Assembly: GCA_963805855.1 (NCBI GenBank)
Contig: CAWDVW010000007.1
Location: 576,001 to 640,000, forward strand
Direction: 5' to 3'
DNA length: 64,000 bases
Source: Candidatus Dadabacteria bacterium
Lineage (GTDB): Bacteria; Desulfobacterota_D; UBA1144; Nemesobacterales; CSP1-2
A program made the translations under genes and the position numbers. The notes below the pieces were generated by a model. It made no database searches and had not been told where the DNA came from. It was given only the letters and a program-made list of their open reading frames with translations. Shown in pieces: positions 48,080 through 60,000 of the stretch (position 1 is the stretch's first letter; the number at the start of each line of letters is the position of its first letter).

Positions 48080-50570
48080 AATACCTCCATCTTATTAAGT
48101 TATTAACTTATAACTACTTCAAAAAGCATTTCATTAAAATCGTTTTTGCAATAATCGGCATGTCCACCGGCATAGCAATTTTTGTCGCTACTAATGTATA
48201 TAAAGAAACGATCTATAATGATGTAAGCAAGAAAGAACGATTAATACAGCAAACGGATGAATGGTTAATAATTTCAGAAACTGGAAGGATTTCAGAGAAA
48301 ATTGTTCAGGAAATTATCGATTTGAAGGTTTTTGATAAAATTGCACCAAAATCCCAGCGAGTTGAGTACATATATGACGATGAGAATAAAACGATTCCGG
48401 CAAGATTTGTGGGTATTGACCTAGATCTCCGGTTCGAAACGATAGGTACCAATCTGATATATTTAGTATTGATGAACGCAAAATTAATGCAGATCCCTGT
48501 TTTTGGCTCTAACTATTTTAAAAAAAGCGGAAGTCTCAAGCTTAGAAACCGACCGACAGCAAATGAGATATTTGTAACAGACACCATTGCTGAAAGCCCA
48601 AACGATTCACCATTTATAGTTACCGATATTGCATTTTATCAAGCGCTGTTCGAGGACAGGGGATGGATAGATGAATTAGGGGTGCATTTTACAGGAAATC
48701 AACTAAGTGGGATTCAAAAATTATTAGAGCAGATTGACCCGAAATTATCGTTAATTAGTCAGAACAAATATCTAGGAAAAAACAATCCCTATCGTATGCC
48801 TTTCGGTAAATCTGCAGCTGTTTTCACTGGTAGCTTTGATAATCAGCATATTACTTATCTATCAGTTTTACGGCTTTATATTGATTGACAGAGAAACGGA
48901 CTTTGCAAAGCTCAGATCATTGGGTATTTCATCGAGAGATATCAAGATTCTTCTCTCAATCGAAATACTTTTCCTGGGACTCATATCTTCGATTTTGGGA
49001 ATACTCGGAGGACTAATCTTATCAAAACTTTCTCTGACAATCATTACGTCCACCGTAAATACCTTTTATTTCGGCGTAGATGCAAAAGACATTCACCTAA
49101 GCTACCGATTAATTCTTATAAGTCTTATCTTGGGAGTAACGGGATGTCTGTTATCGGGCATCCAGCCAGTAATAAGACTTATGAAATCATCAAGACCTCT
49201 TGGTTTTTTGAGTTATACAGCTCCAGCTGGTGGTTCAGAAGGACTTTCTTACATCTTTATTCTAGGTTTGATATTGCTGTCGATGTTATTCATGGCTTTG
49301 AACACATTTCCTTGATTCCTCAAGTGTTACTAACTATCTTAAGCATAATTTTGTTTGCTTTCGGTATGTTCCTCGTATTCTTATCTAATTATGAAGGCGA
49401 CGTCGTGCATCATCGATAAAAATATTGTATCAGCTTTAAAAATAAAAACCGCAGCTTCCTACATAGCAAGAACCTTAGCCAGACAGTCCCTTTTCGTTTT
49501 ATCCTTGGGAATCCTCGTTGGATTTGTGATAAGTCTAGTAATTTTCGTCTCGAGTTTTAGACAGACCATAGAAAACTGGATATACCAGGTAACGCCGGCA
49601 GACCTTTATATACAGTCTGAACTTAATAGCATGCAAAAGCCATTTCCACTGCCGCAAGAGTTTCTGGAAGGTATCAAGAATCATCCATTGGTTAAGAAAT
49701 TCGATACTATAACGAGATATGAATACGAATTTGAAAACACGCCTATACAGATTCGTGCCAGTGATTTTGAAATAATACGGCAAAAAAACCGTCTAAAGTT
49801 CAAATCGCTTGCGAAAGATTTAAGCGAAATCAATAAAGATTGGATCTTAATCTCTGAACCGTTTGAAAACCGATTTGATAAGGGTCTAAATGATGAAATC
49901 ACAATTGTTGGGGATAGAGACACACGAAAATTAAAAGTTATGGGCATTTTTTATGATTATGTAACTGAGAGAGGAGCAATATACATTGATAAGAGATTGG
50001 GTAAGGAGCTTTATTCAAAAAGCTTTGTTAACGGTGTCTCAGTATATGATCTAGAGCCGAATGAAAGGCTTGAATTTGAGCACGATATTCGAACATCATA
50101 TCCGAGCGAAAATATTCAAATAGAAAGTCAGAACAAAATAAGAGAAAGTACGCTTTCTCTTCGATAAGACATTTCGGATTGTGTGGCTTTTGGCAGGGCT
50201 CGCGGTAATAATATCAATCGTAACGATAATAAACTCCACGCTAATGGTTTATCTCGAGCGCGCGTATGAGTTAACCCAACTCATGGCCTTGGGCGCATCG
50301 ACTGGGCAGCTCGTATCTATAATATGGTCACAGATGTCGTTACTAGGTTTCTACTCGATCCCTATTGCCTTTGTTTTTAGTGTGGGGTTTCTAAATATCA
50401 TAGTGAAAACAAACAACGTTTTTTTTGGATGGACTATCGATTTAAATTTCGACTGGAAACCCTATCTGATAGCTTTATTAACGTTATTTACCTTGGCCTA
50501 CGTGACAATAAGATTGACTTTCAAAAAGCTGAAAAATGATATAAAGCTTTACAATTTAAGAAATGAATAA
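48076..50570 (+). pseudogene. FtsX-like ABC permease (AttF/G-like) broken into 4 ORFs
   Basis: Fragments 48076-48888, 48836-49315, 49355-50167 and 50181-50570 form consecutive parts (RSLG, SFRQTIENW..ADLYI, FYDY, FFGWT). Confidence 0.75.
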
Positions 50571-51597
50571 AATCTATTTAATAGTTTGTCTCATAATATT
50601 TAGCACCTATAACGGCATTGCTTTTGGTGAAGATTATGAGAGGGCTATCGATACGAGGGCATGGTCTTTCCGAGGGACCATGGATCGCATCGAAATTTTA
50701 AAACTGAATGGTGGTACTCCACCGGCCACCTAAAAAGTGGTACGAAATTTTATGGGTTTCAGCTGACATTTTTTCGATTTGCTAACCGAGACCTCAAAGA
50801 ACTAGAATCAGACTGGACTCCCGATCAAATCTACTTAACCCACTTTACAATCACAGACGAGAGCAAATCTAAATTTTATAAATATGAAAAAGTAAACAGA
50901 CGCTCCTTGGACTTTCAGGTTCCAGTGTTGACACGCTTCGCGTTTGGAATGGATCGTATCGAGTTGAATTAATTGACGATAATATAGAGATAAAAGCCTC
51001 GAGTCCGGAAACAAAATTGGAGTTATCTCTGAAACAAGTCTCTCCGGTTGTCTTGAATGGCAAGGAGGGTTTAAGTCCTAGAGGGTCTAAAAGTGGCCAG
51101 GCTTCTTATTACTATACAATACCTAGATTAGTGGGAGACGGGATTGGATTTAACGATAAACTAGGCAAGCCCTTGGATGGATCATGAGTTTTTCACAATT
51201 GATGAATCTGAGCACCAAGGTTGGGACTGGTTCGCGGTTCAGTTTGAGGATCAATCTTCACTTATGGTTTACCAGCTAAGAAATAAAAATGGCAAAAAAA
51301 CTAACTTCTCCTCGGGAACTTATCTAAGCAAAAATGGCAGAAAACTGATATTAAACGCCGACGATTATACTCTTATTCCGGTCGAATATTGGAGAAGCAA
51401 TGAGACCAATGTTGACTATCCAATAAAATGGAACATAAGCATTTAAAAAATGGGTAATTGATATCTTCGCGAATCCCACAATAAAAAATTAGGAATTGGC
51501 ACAAGCGAAGTTAATCAATCTGAATTATTGGGAAGGTCGATGCACAGTTACCGGCAGCCACGATGGTCAGGCATATGTCGAGCTTGTTGGGTATTGA
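50563..51597 (+). pseudogene. AttH/CrtC-like lipocalin-domain protein, multiply frameshifted
   Basis: PRDHG.H..FKTEWWY.TG, ASYYYT, WMDHE, GWDWF, YPIKW and YWEG...YVELVGY* in different frames, plus an in-frame TAG. Confidence 0.75.
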
Positions 51598-51694
51598 CTC
51601 TTAGCGCAGTCGCTGGGGTCTGCCCTGAACATTATACTTGAGAAAATTGTGACAAAGGAAAAAGAGGACTAACTTTTTCAATTCGGGTTGTCAA

Positions 51695-51955
51695 TCACTC
51701 CTCAACTATTTTATATACCTTATCTCCCTTTCTCACTTTTTCGGATACCTTTACCCCGATACTGTCTCCTTGCTTCGCCTCTGTAACAGATTCGTGTTCT
51801 ATCTGGATCGAATCTACCGTTGACTTAAAATCTGTTGTATGTCCTTTAAAACGTATCGTATCACCTACTGACACCATACCACTTGTTATCTCCACAGCGG
51901 CTACCGATATTTTGCGAAAGTAGTCGGAGACATAACCAATCTCATTTTCTTCCAT
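51695..51955 (-). CDS. EF-Tu domain-2-like small beta-barrel protein
   Basis: IGYVSDYF.KISVA, VGDTI, VDSIQIEH, GDSIG, VRKGDKVYK. Confidence 0.75.
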   Translation of the reverse strand: MEENEIGYVSDYFRKISVAAVEITSGMVSVGDTIRFKGHTTDFKSTVDSIQIEHESVTEAKQGDSIGVKVSEKVRKGDKVYKIVEE

Positions 51956-52602
51956 AGCTAACCTCCCCTTCCGTGTTAAAACATATGTAACAAATTATCT
52001 CATTAAATATCAATGTTGTTAAGTCTTCGCCTTTACAATTTATAGCCTTACATTCGTTTTCATAATCTACAAGCTGCTTCCGCCACTTAACCTAATTTCC
52101 CTTTATAACTTCTTTTTCTTAATACGAGAGGGAGCCCTTCCATCCTTTGATTGAATGAAGGACCATGGTAAACGGGATATGATCATCGAATTTAATGGGA
52201 AGTGGGATAGGTGAGTGGAATAATGCAAAATGCTAATCGAAACCTACAAATCAAATACAAAACCGATCACACTGAGTTTATCGAAGTGTGATTGAGAAAA
52301 AGCGAGCGGGTCGGGGTTTGCTTATTTATTTGTTAAGCTTTTTCGTAATGCATCCGCATTTTTTCTCGCATGGTCTTGTCGAGCCGGCCCCGGAGCGACG
52401 TAAGTGGTTCACCCTTCGACAGGCTCAGGGTGAACGTATTAAAGATTTTAACTTCCATTCCTTTCGACGAAGTCTCAAATACCATCTCGAAAACGAAATC
52501 CGAAGTGAATTCAAGCTAACCTCTTGATGGATCACAGGTAGAACCTGTACTGAAACCCTCATCGGGAAGCTTTCGGGAATGACGATTGGTGGTGGATTGG
52601 GG

Positions 52603-53109
52603 CTACTTATTTTCCACTGACTTCTCAAGCGAAGGTATAATATCCGTGTGATGGCTGATCATCTTCCACTTTCCTTCCTCCAGCCGGAATATGTTTGTCG
52701 CTCGAATATCAACTGTTACAGGCTTGCCATCAACATAACTGGTTCCGCGTTCGTAGTTGTGAGTAATACCGATCTTATCTCCTACGGTAATATGCATATC
52801 TTCCGGGTTTACCTGACCTCCTAATTTAAGTGCTGCCTGCTCCTCCCAGGCGTTACGGACTTGATCCCATCCGATCAGGATACCCCCCTGCGGTCCAAGA
52901 TATGTTACGTCAGGAGCGTGTGACCATAGTTCGATCATTGTAGAGACATCGCCCTTAAACATAGTGTTAAGCGCCGAATAGAACTGCATCGCCGCTTCCT
53001 TAACCCCCTTCTCTGATTCCGAGGAGAAAGAGGACTCAATATTAATGAACATAAAAACAAGCACTAATAATAACAATCCGGCAATCCTAACAATCCTTTT
53101 ACCTTTCAT
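52603..53109 (-). CDS. SnoaL/NTF2-like exported protein
   Basis: FYSALN, GWDQVR..W, RATNIFR.E.GKWKMISHH. Confidence 0.82.
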   Translation of the reverse strand: MKGKRIVRIAGLLLLVLVFMFINIESSFSSESEKGVKEAAMQFYSALNTMFKGDVSTMIELWSHAPDVTYLGPQGGILIGWDQVRNAWEEQAALKLGGQVNPEDMHITVGDKIGITHNYERGTSYVDGKPVTVDIRATNIFRLEEGKWKMISHHTDIIPSLEKSVENK

Positions 53110-53287
53110 ATCAAGCCTCCTATGTATTATTTAACATAAGAGCCGAACCACTCGCCTCTTTTAAGAGTTGATTCTGGCACTATTTTAAATAATGGATTTT
53201 TACATCATATACCTGCTTTCCAGTACTATCAAGTTAATTTACCTTTATCGCTCCTGTTGTTATAAATCTCCTCTTCGTGATACAACA

Positions 53288-53517
53288 TGTCATCTCGAGT
53301 ACTTCGTTGAACTCAGCATAAACTCCTGCGAGAGATCTTGTAGTTACATAGGTAGAAGCGAAAGACAAAGGAAAGATTTCTCGCTCCGCTCGAAATGACA
53401 AGGCTATTCGATATGGCAACTTTTTTTCTGTCATCTCGAACGCATGTGAGGATCTCATAGTTAAGTCGGAAAAAGCAAAAACAAAGGAAAGATTTCTCAT
53501 ATTCATTCGAAATGACA
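53288..53517. repeat. Two tandem TGTCATCTCGA..GAGATCT / AGATTTCTC..TCGAAATGACA units upstream of GIY-YIG
   Basis: Units at 53288-53400 and 53429-53517. Confidence 0.85.
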
Positions 53518-53597
53518 GATGGTATTCGAATTGACAACAGGTCAAATGACAATGGCGGGATTATACTTAGTTATAGACGCATAATGGCGTAAAGGCT

Positions 53598-53894
53598 ATG
53601 AAGGAACACATTTACTATGTTTACATTACAACAAACCCAACCAGGAGCACCCTGTACGTCGGTGTAACGGACGATATAGGAACAAGGCTTCAACAGCATT
53701 ACGAGAATCGGAGTAATCAAGAATCCTTTGCTGGAAAATACTATTGCTACAATCTCGTATATTGTGAAGTGCATGAGGACGTTGTGGGTGCTATAGAGAG
53801 GGAAAAGGAGATTAAGAAATGGAGGAGAGAGAAAAAGGTGAAGCTGATTGAAGAACAAAATCCGGATTGGAGGTTTATGAATAACGACATTTAA
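53598..53894 (+). CDS. Small standalone GIY-YIG nuclease
   Basis: YYVYI..N...TLYVGVT....R..QH, AIEREKEIKKWRREKK..LIE..NPDW. Confidence 0.92.
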   Translation: MKEHIYYVYITTNPTRSTLYVGVTDDIGTRLQQHYENRSNQESFAGKYYCYNLVYCEVHEDVVGAIEREKEIKKWRREKKVKLIEEQNPDWRFMNNDI

Positions 53895-53949
53895 TAGATG
53901 TTCTCCTGTCTTTGTCAGCTCTTCCGCTTTCCCCTCAACACGTTTCCCC

Positions 53950-54007
53950 TGTCATATCGAGCCTATAAAACATGTCATCTCGAACGCATGTGAGAGATCT
54001 TGTAGTT
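53950..54007. repeat. TGTCAT-tagged repeat downstream of GIY-YIG; left arm of the 39-bp inverted repeat (53969-54007)
   Basis: AACATGTCATCTCGAACGCATGTGAGAGATCTTGTAGTT is the reverse complement of 60421-60459. Confidence 0.85.
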
Positions 54008-54199
54008 AAGTCAGTCAATACAAGGGGAAATGACGGATTTCCCATGGAGCCTGTACTTAACTGCATCTGAGTATTCGAAGTGGGGGATCGATAATGCATT
54101 CCTCGCCAGCAAGACTGGCGAGCTACCCATTAATTTTTTGCTTGAAAGTTTAAGTGGAGGCCAGCCCATACTTAATTTTCCCGCTTTGCAAATTTCTAC

Positions 54200-54231
54200 T
54201 TTACAAATAATATACTACAGTGTAGTATATT
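54200..54231 (+). promoter_or_regulatory. lexA promoter (TTTACA-N17-TAGTAT) overlapped by a palindromic candidate operator
   Basis: AATATACTACA-G-TGTAGTATATT (54209-54231) covers the spacer and -10. Confidence 0.7.
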
Positions 54232-54252
54232 GTATTGTTAAGGGTTTTTGCT

Positions 54253-54855
54253 ATGAAGGGGTTAACCAATATCCAGAACAGCGTTTTAACTTTCATTAAA
54301 AGGCATGTCGATGCCGGACTGCCTCTTCCTTCGCTTAGAGAGATTGCAGGTCATTTCGGATTTGGGCATACAACGGCAAGGTTTCACCTAATGGCGCTTG
54401 AAAGGAAAGGCTTTATTAAGAAGCGCCGCCAGAGAGTGAGTGACTATATGATCGCTGAAGATCGTTCTGATATTCCAAGCACGTTTGATCTGGTTGCAAC
54501 AATTCCCGCGGGAACACCCCTGGCCATATTCGAGGGTACAGAGGATACCTTCACGGTTGATAAAAACTTTTTTGGAGGCGGTCAGCTGAAAGCCGTCTAT
54601 ATCTCGGGCGATAGCATGAACGGGGATTCAATCTCCGACGGGGATATAGGAATAATACGGCTCCAAAAGGATTGGAGTAAACGCGACATCGTGGCAGTGA
54701 GAGTGAATGGCGACGAAATAACCTTGAAACGGATCAGGATAAAGAAAAATATCGTTGAATTAATACCTTCCAACCCGGAATTCCCCGTTCGAAGGTTTCC
54801 GGCGGAAGAAGTCGAGGTTGTCGGCAAGCTGGTTGGAATAATCAGAAAAACCTGA
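54253..54855 (+). CDS. lexA: LexA repressor (cassette-associated)
   Basis: wHTH PSLREIA.HFG, Ala-Gly site IPAG, catalytic GDSM and TLKR. Confidence 0.92.
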   Translation: MKGLTNIQNSVLTFIKRHVDAGLPLPSLREIAGHFGFGHTTARFHLMALERKGFIKKRRQRVSDYMIAEDRSDIPSTFDLVATIPAGTPLAIFEGTEDTFTVDKNFFGGGQLKAVYISGDSMNGDSISDGDIGIIRLQKDWSKRDIVAVRVNGDEITLKRIRIKKNIVELIPSNPEFPVRRFPAEEVEVVGKLVGIIRKT

Positions 54856-54902
54856 ACCAACCTAAAAAAAGCGATGGGGTTTTTTGACTTTAGGACTTAA
54901 AA

Positions 54903-55529
54903 ATGGATGCTCTGGGAGAGAAGTTAAATCACCAAGAGATTTGGAGAAGATTAAAGTCCGGGGATTTTCCAATTAAACCCGATGCTAAGGTAATTCGCAC
55001 CGGAATCTCTGAGCTGGACGAGATCTTTTCCGATGGCGTAAAACCTGGAAAGCTGATTGAGTGGGGGCTCCCCCAGGGAAGAAACGGTCGTATTTTACCC
55101 ATACTTTTTTTAAGAAAGGAAATTCCTCTCACAATCTGGATATACGCCGATTTGGGTCTGGACATCTATGCGCCCGCATGGGCAAGCCACGGCATAGATC
55201 TGAGAAGAATCTTCTTCGTAAAATGCGACGATCCCGTTAAGAAACTCAAACCCATATTCCTGGATAACACCTTTAAAGTCATCGTAATTGATTCACCCAA
55301 GAAATTTTCGAAAGGCGATATCTCCTTTATATCTGTCCGGGCCAGGGCGAACAGGCAGATCATTTTTCTGATCAGAAATTATTTCTTAAGCCCCAGGATC
55401 GGAAACCCATTTGCCCACATACGTGTAAATTGCTCACGAAACGACAGAGGTATCTATTCAGTAAATTTTATCAAGGGAAAAAATCCAAAAAGACTTCTTT
55501 TATCAAGCTCGAGGTTTTTCAATGAATGA
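54903..55529 (+). CDS. imuA: ImuA-like RecA-fold protein
   Basis: TGISELDE..DGVKPGKLIE, YAPAW..GIDL.R, VIVID; located between lexA and imuB/dnaE2. Confidence 0.7.
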   Translation: MDALGEKLNHQEIWRRLKSGDFPIKPDAKVIRTGISELDEIFSDGVKPGKLIEWGLPQGRNGRILPILFLRKEIPLTIWIYADLGLDIYAPAWASHGIDLRRIFFVKCDDPVKKLKPIFLDNTFKVIVIDSPKKFSKGDISFISVRARANRQIIFLIRNYFLSPRIGNPFAHIRVNCSRNDRGIYSVNFIKGKNPKRLLLSSSRFFNE

Positions 55530-57042
55530 TACAGGCATCGCAAAGGTAATCGATTTAAAGACCTTCTCAACGGACGAAAACTGTCCATACTTCGGTGCAT
55601 TTTATTGTGAGATGGAAAAGGCAGGAAAAGATATATTTTCCCTTACACCACGGGTTATGCAGTGGGATGAAAACACATGGTTATTTGATTTAAGCCCCTG
55701 TAGAAATTTTTGGGCTATTCAGAAGGAAAAGGAAGGAAAAAATCTTTATGAACTCCTTGAACAGATACTGAATAACTCTTTTGAGAAAGGATATCTCTCG
55801 GTTTTCGGAAACCATCCCTGGCAGTGCCTGTTGTTTCTCGATTTCTTACTGGAAAAAAAGTCGAAAGGTCTATTTTCGTTAGACACCCTTCTAAATAGAA
55901 AGATCTATGAAAGTCTTTCATGGGATCACTGGTTTGAGCCTCTTGGTATCCTTTCCGACCATCTCAGTTATCTGAAGGTCAAAGGGTTTAAAGAATCACA
56001 ATTCCGCTCCAAGCAGACTCAGTTGAAGCGTTTCATCAAAAGAATGAACCTCCGTGGACCCTTTGATTTGAGCCAGGCCGATGTAGCCTCGATCGAAAGG
56101 AGGTTTTCCGGATGGCTTGGAGAGATCTGGGCATGGACGTTTCATGGTTTTTTAGAAGATGAAGAAAAAACTCCTGATCTGTTCAAGTCATCAGAAAATC
56201 AAATCGATCTGGGTTCATTTCCCTGGATCCCGTTTCGGATAGAAGATCCTCCCAGAGCCATCAGACACCTGGAATATCCGGTAAACCGGTGGGACGTTAT
56301 TGAGCCTCTCCTTATCGAGGATCTTTCTAAATTATGTGCCATGAAATCATGGTCTGAACAGGAACGGGTAAGCTCGATGATCTGGGCAATTACCCTATAC
56401 AATCTGGAGGAATTGAAATTAGAGCTCTCATTTCGAAACCCTTATTCACTCCACATGGACTCTCGAAATAATTTTAAGACTGCTCTATACCAGGCCTACT
56501 ATGCCTATATGGGGCTCATGGATAAATTAAAGGCCAGAGACACCGATTTAGACCTGCCTGAAGAAATTCCCTTTGTTAGCTGGGAAGTTGAAATAAACGA
56601 ATGTCTTTATATCTCTCCTCAAACCATGGAATTAATCTCTATCGAGAATGGCGGGCTAAATTACAAAGGAGTTTTGGATCTACAGAATAAGATCCCCCTT
56701 CCCATAGAGTCCTATGTAGTCGTGCCGGACTTCACTGCCGACCTTTCGTTCAGACCAGAAGAGTCAGGTGGTAATACTTTCAAATATGATTTTTCACTCA
56801 ACCAGTGGATAGAGGCCTCATTAAACAGGCCCTTTTTCTATTACAGAAATCCCCTGCCCATAACGAGTCCACCGGATTTAAAGCCGAAGTTTTTAGAAAG
56901 GACAAGCAACGATTGGTGGACGGGTGAGAATTTAATGGACATGACCAAGGACTATTTTCTCGTAGAAGATCGAGAGGGAAGATTTATCTGGGTTTTCAGG
57001 GATAGCTCAGGGGTATGGTATAAACATGGCATCTATTCTTGA
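55522..57042 (+). CDS. imuB: Highly divergent ImuB-like protein
   Basis: C-terminal WW..DYF.VED..GRFIWVFRD..G.WY.HG motif; overlaps imuA and dnaE2. Confidence 0.65.
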   Translation: MNDTGIAKVIDLKTFSTDENCPYFGAFYCEMEKAGKDIFSLTPRVMQWDENTWLFDLSPCRNFWAIQKEKEGKNLYELLEQILNNSFEKGYLSVFGNHPWQCLLFLDFLLEKKSKGLFSLDTLLNRKIYESLSWDHWFEPLGILSDHLSYLKVKGFKESQFRSKQTQLKRFIKRMNLRGPFDLSQADVASIERRFSGWLGEIWAWTFHGFLEDEEKTPDLFKSSENQIDLGSFPWIPFRIEDPPRAIRHLEYPVNRWDVIEPLLIEDLSKLCAMKSWSEQERVSSMIWAITLYNLEELKLELSFRNPYSLHMDSRNNFKTALYQAYYAYMGLMDKLKARDTDLDLPEEIPFVSWEVEINECLYISPQTMELISIENGGLNYKGVLDLQNKIPLPIESYVVVPDFTADLSFRPEESGGNTFKYDFSLNQWIEASLNRPFFYYRNPLPITSPPDLKPKFLERTSNDWWTGENLMDMTKDYFLVEDREGRFIWVFRDSSGVWYKHGIYS

Positions 57043-60000
57043 AAGATACGGACTCCACGAATGGCTCTGCAAGACCAATTTTAGTTTTCTCATAGGTGCA
57101 TCTCACCCACATGACATCGTTAAGACCGCCTCCGATCTTCAATATAGTTCGATTTGCGTGAATGATTTTGATGGAGTATATGGTCTAGCGCGAACATACA
57201 GAGAGCTGGAGAGACTTAAAAATGAGGATGAGAACAATAACTTAAAATTAAACTTCGGTGCAGAAATTCATTTTTCGGTCGATCACGACAAGCCCATACT
57301 CCTGCAGGATACACTGGTTTTAGTTGCCAAGGATTGGGAAGGATATAAGAATCTTTGTGAGCTACTTACCTATTCCCACAGAGACGGCAAAACTTACGCA
57401 AATATACCCTTAGATTATTTGCTCTCTGCCAATATTTCTGGTCTCTTTGCGATCCAACCCATGAGAGGGCTCATCAGATCGAATGTAGAAAAAGAGTCCT
57501 TTTATAATTTATATTCCCATTTCAAAGGCGAATTCTACTTTGCAATCAGTAAGCACTTTCACAGGTCAGAGGACAGGTGGATTCGCCCGACAATAGACCT
57601 TGCCACTAAGATCGGGGCGAAATGCATCCTAAGCCAGGATGTGTTCTTCCATAACAGGTCCCAAAAACCCATGAGTGATTTACTCCATGCAATAAGGACA
57701 AACAGGACTCTAAACACGTGTAAGGAACATTTATTCCCTAATGGAGAAAGGTGCCTCCACGACATAGAAACCATTGAGCGATTTTTCTGCGACCTGCCTG
57801 TATTTGAGGAAGCGATAAAACTTTCCCACGAATTAAATGAGCAATGCTCCTTCAGCTTTTCACAACTAAGGTACCAGTACCCTAAAGAAATGATCCCCCA
57901 TGGCTATACGGCTCAAAGCTACTTAGAGCATCTAGTCTGGCAGGGTGCCAGGAGGCGGTTTGAAAATAACATCTCTGAAAAGATCCGTAAAAGCCTTACT
58001 CACGAACTGGACCTTATCGAGAAACTAAACTTTGCCGATTACTTCTTGACCGTGTGGGATATTGTGAGCTGGGCCAGATCAAAGAATATACTCTGTCAGG
58101 GAAGAGGCTCTGCAGCCAACTCAGCGGTCTGTTTTGTCTTAGGGATTACCGAAGTTAATCCGGATTTGTTTGATTTGCTTTTTGAAAGGTTCATCAGCAT
58201 GGAGAGGGGCGATCCTCCCGATATAGATGTAGACTTCGAGCACGAAAGAAGAGAAGAAGTTGTTCAATACATCTATAAAAGATATGGCCGTGATAGAGCG
58301 GCAATGGTAGCAAATGTCATTACATTTAGGGCAAAGGGTTCCATGCGTGCGGTTGGAAAGGCGCTGGGTGTTAGCGAAGAGCTACTTGGGGAAATGTCAA
58401 AGCTTGCAGACTACAAATATTTTCTCCGGAGCAGAACACGGGATATTATCTCAGAATTGAATAAGGGTGAGAATAGCAATAATGCTCCTAAGAATTTTTC
58501 ATGGAAATTATGGGTTGAGCTCTCGGAAAGATTGCGAGGGTTCCCAAGGCATCTCGGCATTCATTCAGGCGGCTTCATGCTCACCGATAAGCCTTTGAAT
58601 TATCTGGTTCCTCAGGAACCCGCATCGATGGAAAACAGGACAGTGGTCCAATGGTGTAAGGATGATATCGAAGGATTAGGATTTTTTAAGATTGATATTC
58701 TCTGTCTGGGGATGCTCACCGCAATTAGAAAGTGCTTTGAGAGCATTGAGGAGAAATATGGAAGGAAACTAACGTTATATAGCATTCCTGAAAATGACCC
58801 CGCAACATACGAAATGATCCAAAGGGCAGATACAGTAGGCACCTTCCAGATTGAGTCGAGGGCCCAGATGTCCATGCTTCCCCGTCTTAAGCCGCGATGT
58901 TTTTATGATCTCGTTATAGAGGTGGGTATTATCCGCCCTGGTCCTATTCAGGGAAAGATTATTCATCCTTACCTCGCGCGGCGAGAAGGGAAAGCACCCG
59001 TTATTTATCCCGATGAAAGGATGCGCCCTATCCTTTCCAGAACCCTCGGCGTCCCTATCTTTCAGGAGCAGGCCATGAGAATTGCGATTGACGTGGGCGA
59101 TTTTACCCCCGGCGAAGCAAATGAGCTCAGAAAAAATATAGGCTCGTGGAATGTAAGAGAATTCAAGATGAACCTAAATCCCTGGCTTGAGAAACTCAAA
59201 AGGGGTATGGAGAGGAATGGAATTAAAAAAGAATTCATCGATCAAATTCTCCGTCAGATGAGGGGGTTCGCACATTACGGTTTTCCCGAATCGCATGCCG
59301 TTTCGTTTGCGTTACTGGCGTATGCCTCCAGTTACCTGAAGTGCCATCATCCCGCGGCGTTTTTCAATGCTGTCCTAAATTCACAGCCTATGGGATTTTA
59401 TCTGCCGCATGCCCTATTACAGGCAGCCCAGAGGAACGGGATTATGATTCTTCCCGTTTCCATCAATGAGTCAGATTGGGACAATAAGCTGGAGAATATC
59501 TCGAGCGAAAGCCGAAAGTTAATTTATGGTATACGTCTTGGATTCAGGCTCGTCAATTCACTTTCTAAATCCGGTTGCCAGGATATGCTAAAGGTCAGGA
59601 AGGACATTGGACGTTGGGAAAGTTTAGATCATTTCTTAAAAACAACCCAGGTTTACCGGGATGATTTTACGGCTCTTGCCGCAGCCAATGCCTTCGGGGA
59701 GTTTGGGATCAACCGTTCAGAGGCAATCTGGAAAGCCGAAGCTGCACCCTTCCGCAGGCTTGTTGATATTGAGGGCCGAAAGATTGACTGGAATCACGAA
59801 ACCAAGATGCAGCAGATCCAAAGGGATTTCCATTCTTTCAATACAAGCCTGGAAGAGCATCCTGTTAAAATTGTCAAACAAGACAATTGGCCCTACAGGA
59901 TACCGGTCAAGAGCCTGGTGCTCGCTGAGGATTTATCATCCAAGAGAAGAAACAGCATTGTCTTGACCTTTGGCATGACCCTGGTGAAGCAATCCCCCGG

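Noticed and set aside
53234-53552. ORFs over repeat clusters (also 20833-21069, 26824-27195, 52288-52628, 60196-60477)
   Set aside because: Translations of palindromic repeats with no SD or protein motifs.
53288-53560. Possible CRISPR array
   Set aside because: Units are inverted hairpin pairs with similar, not unique, spacers; no regular period and no cas genes.
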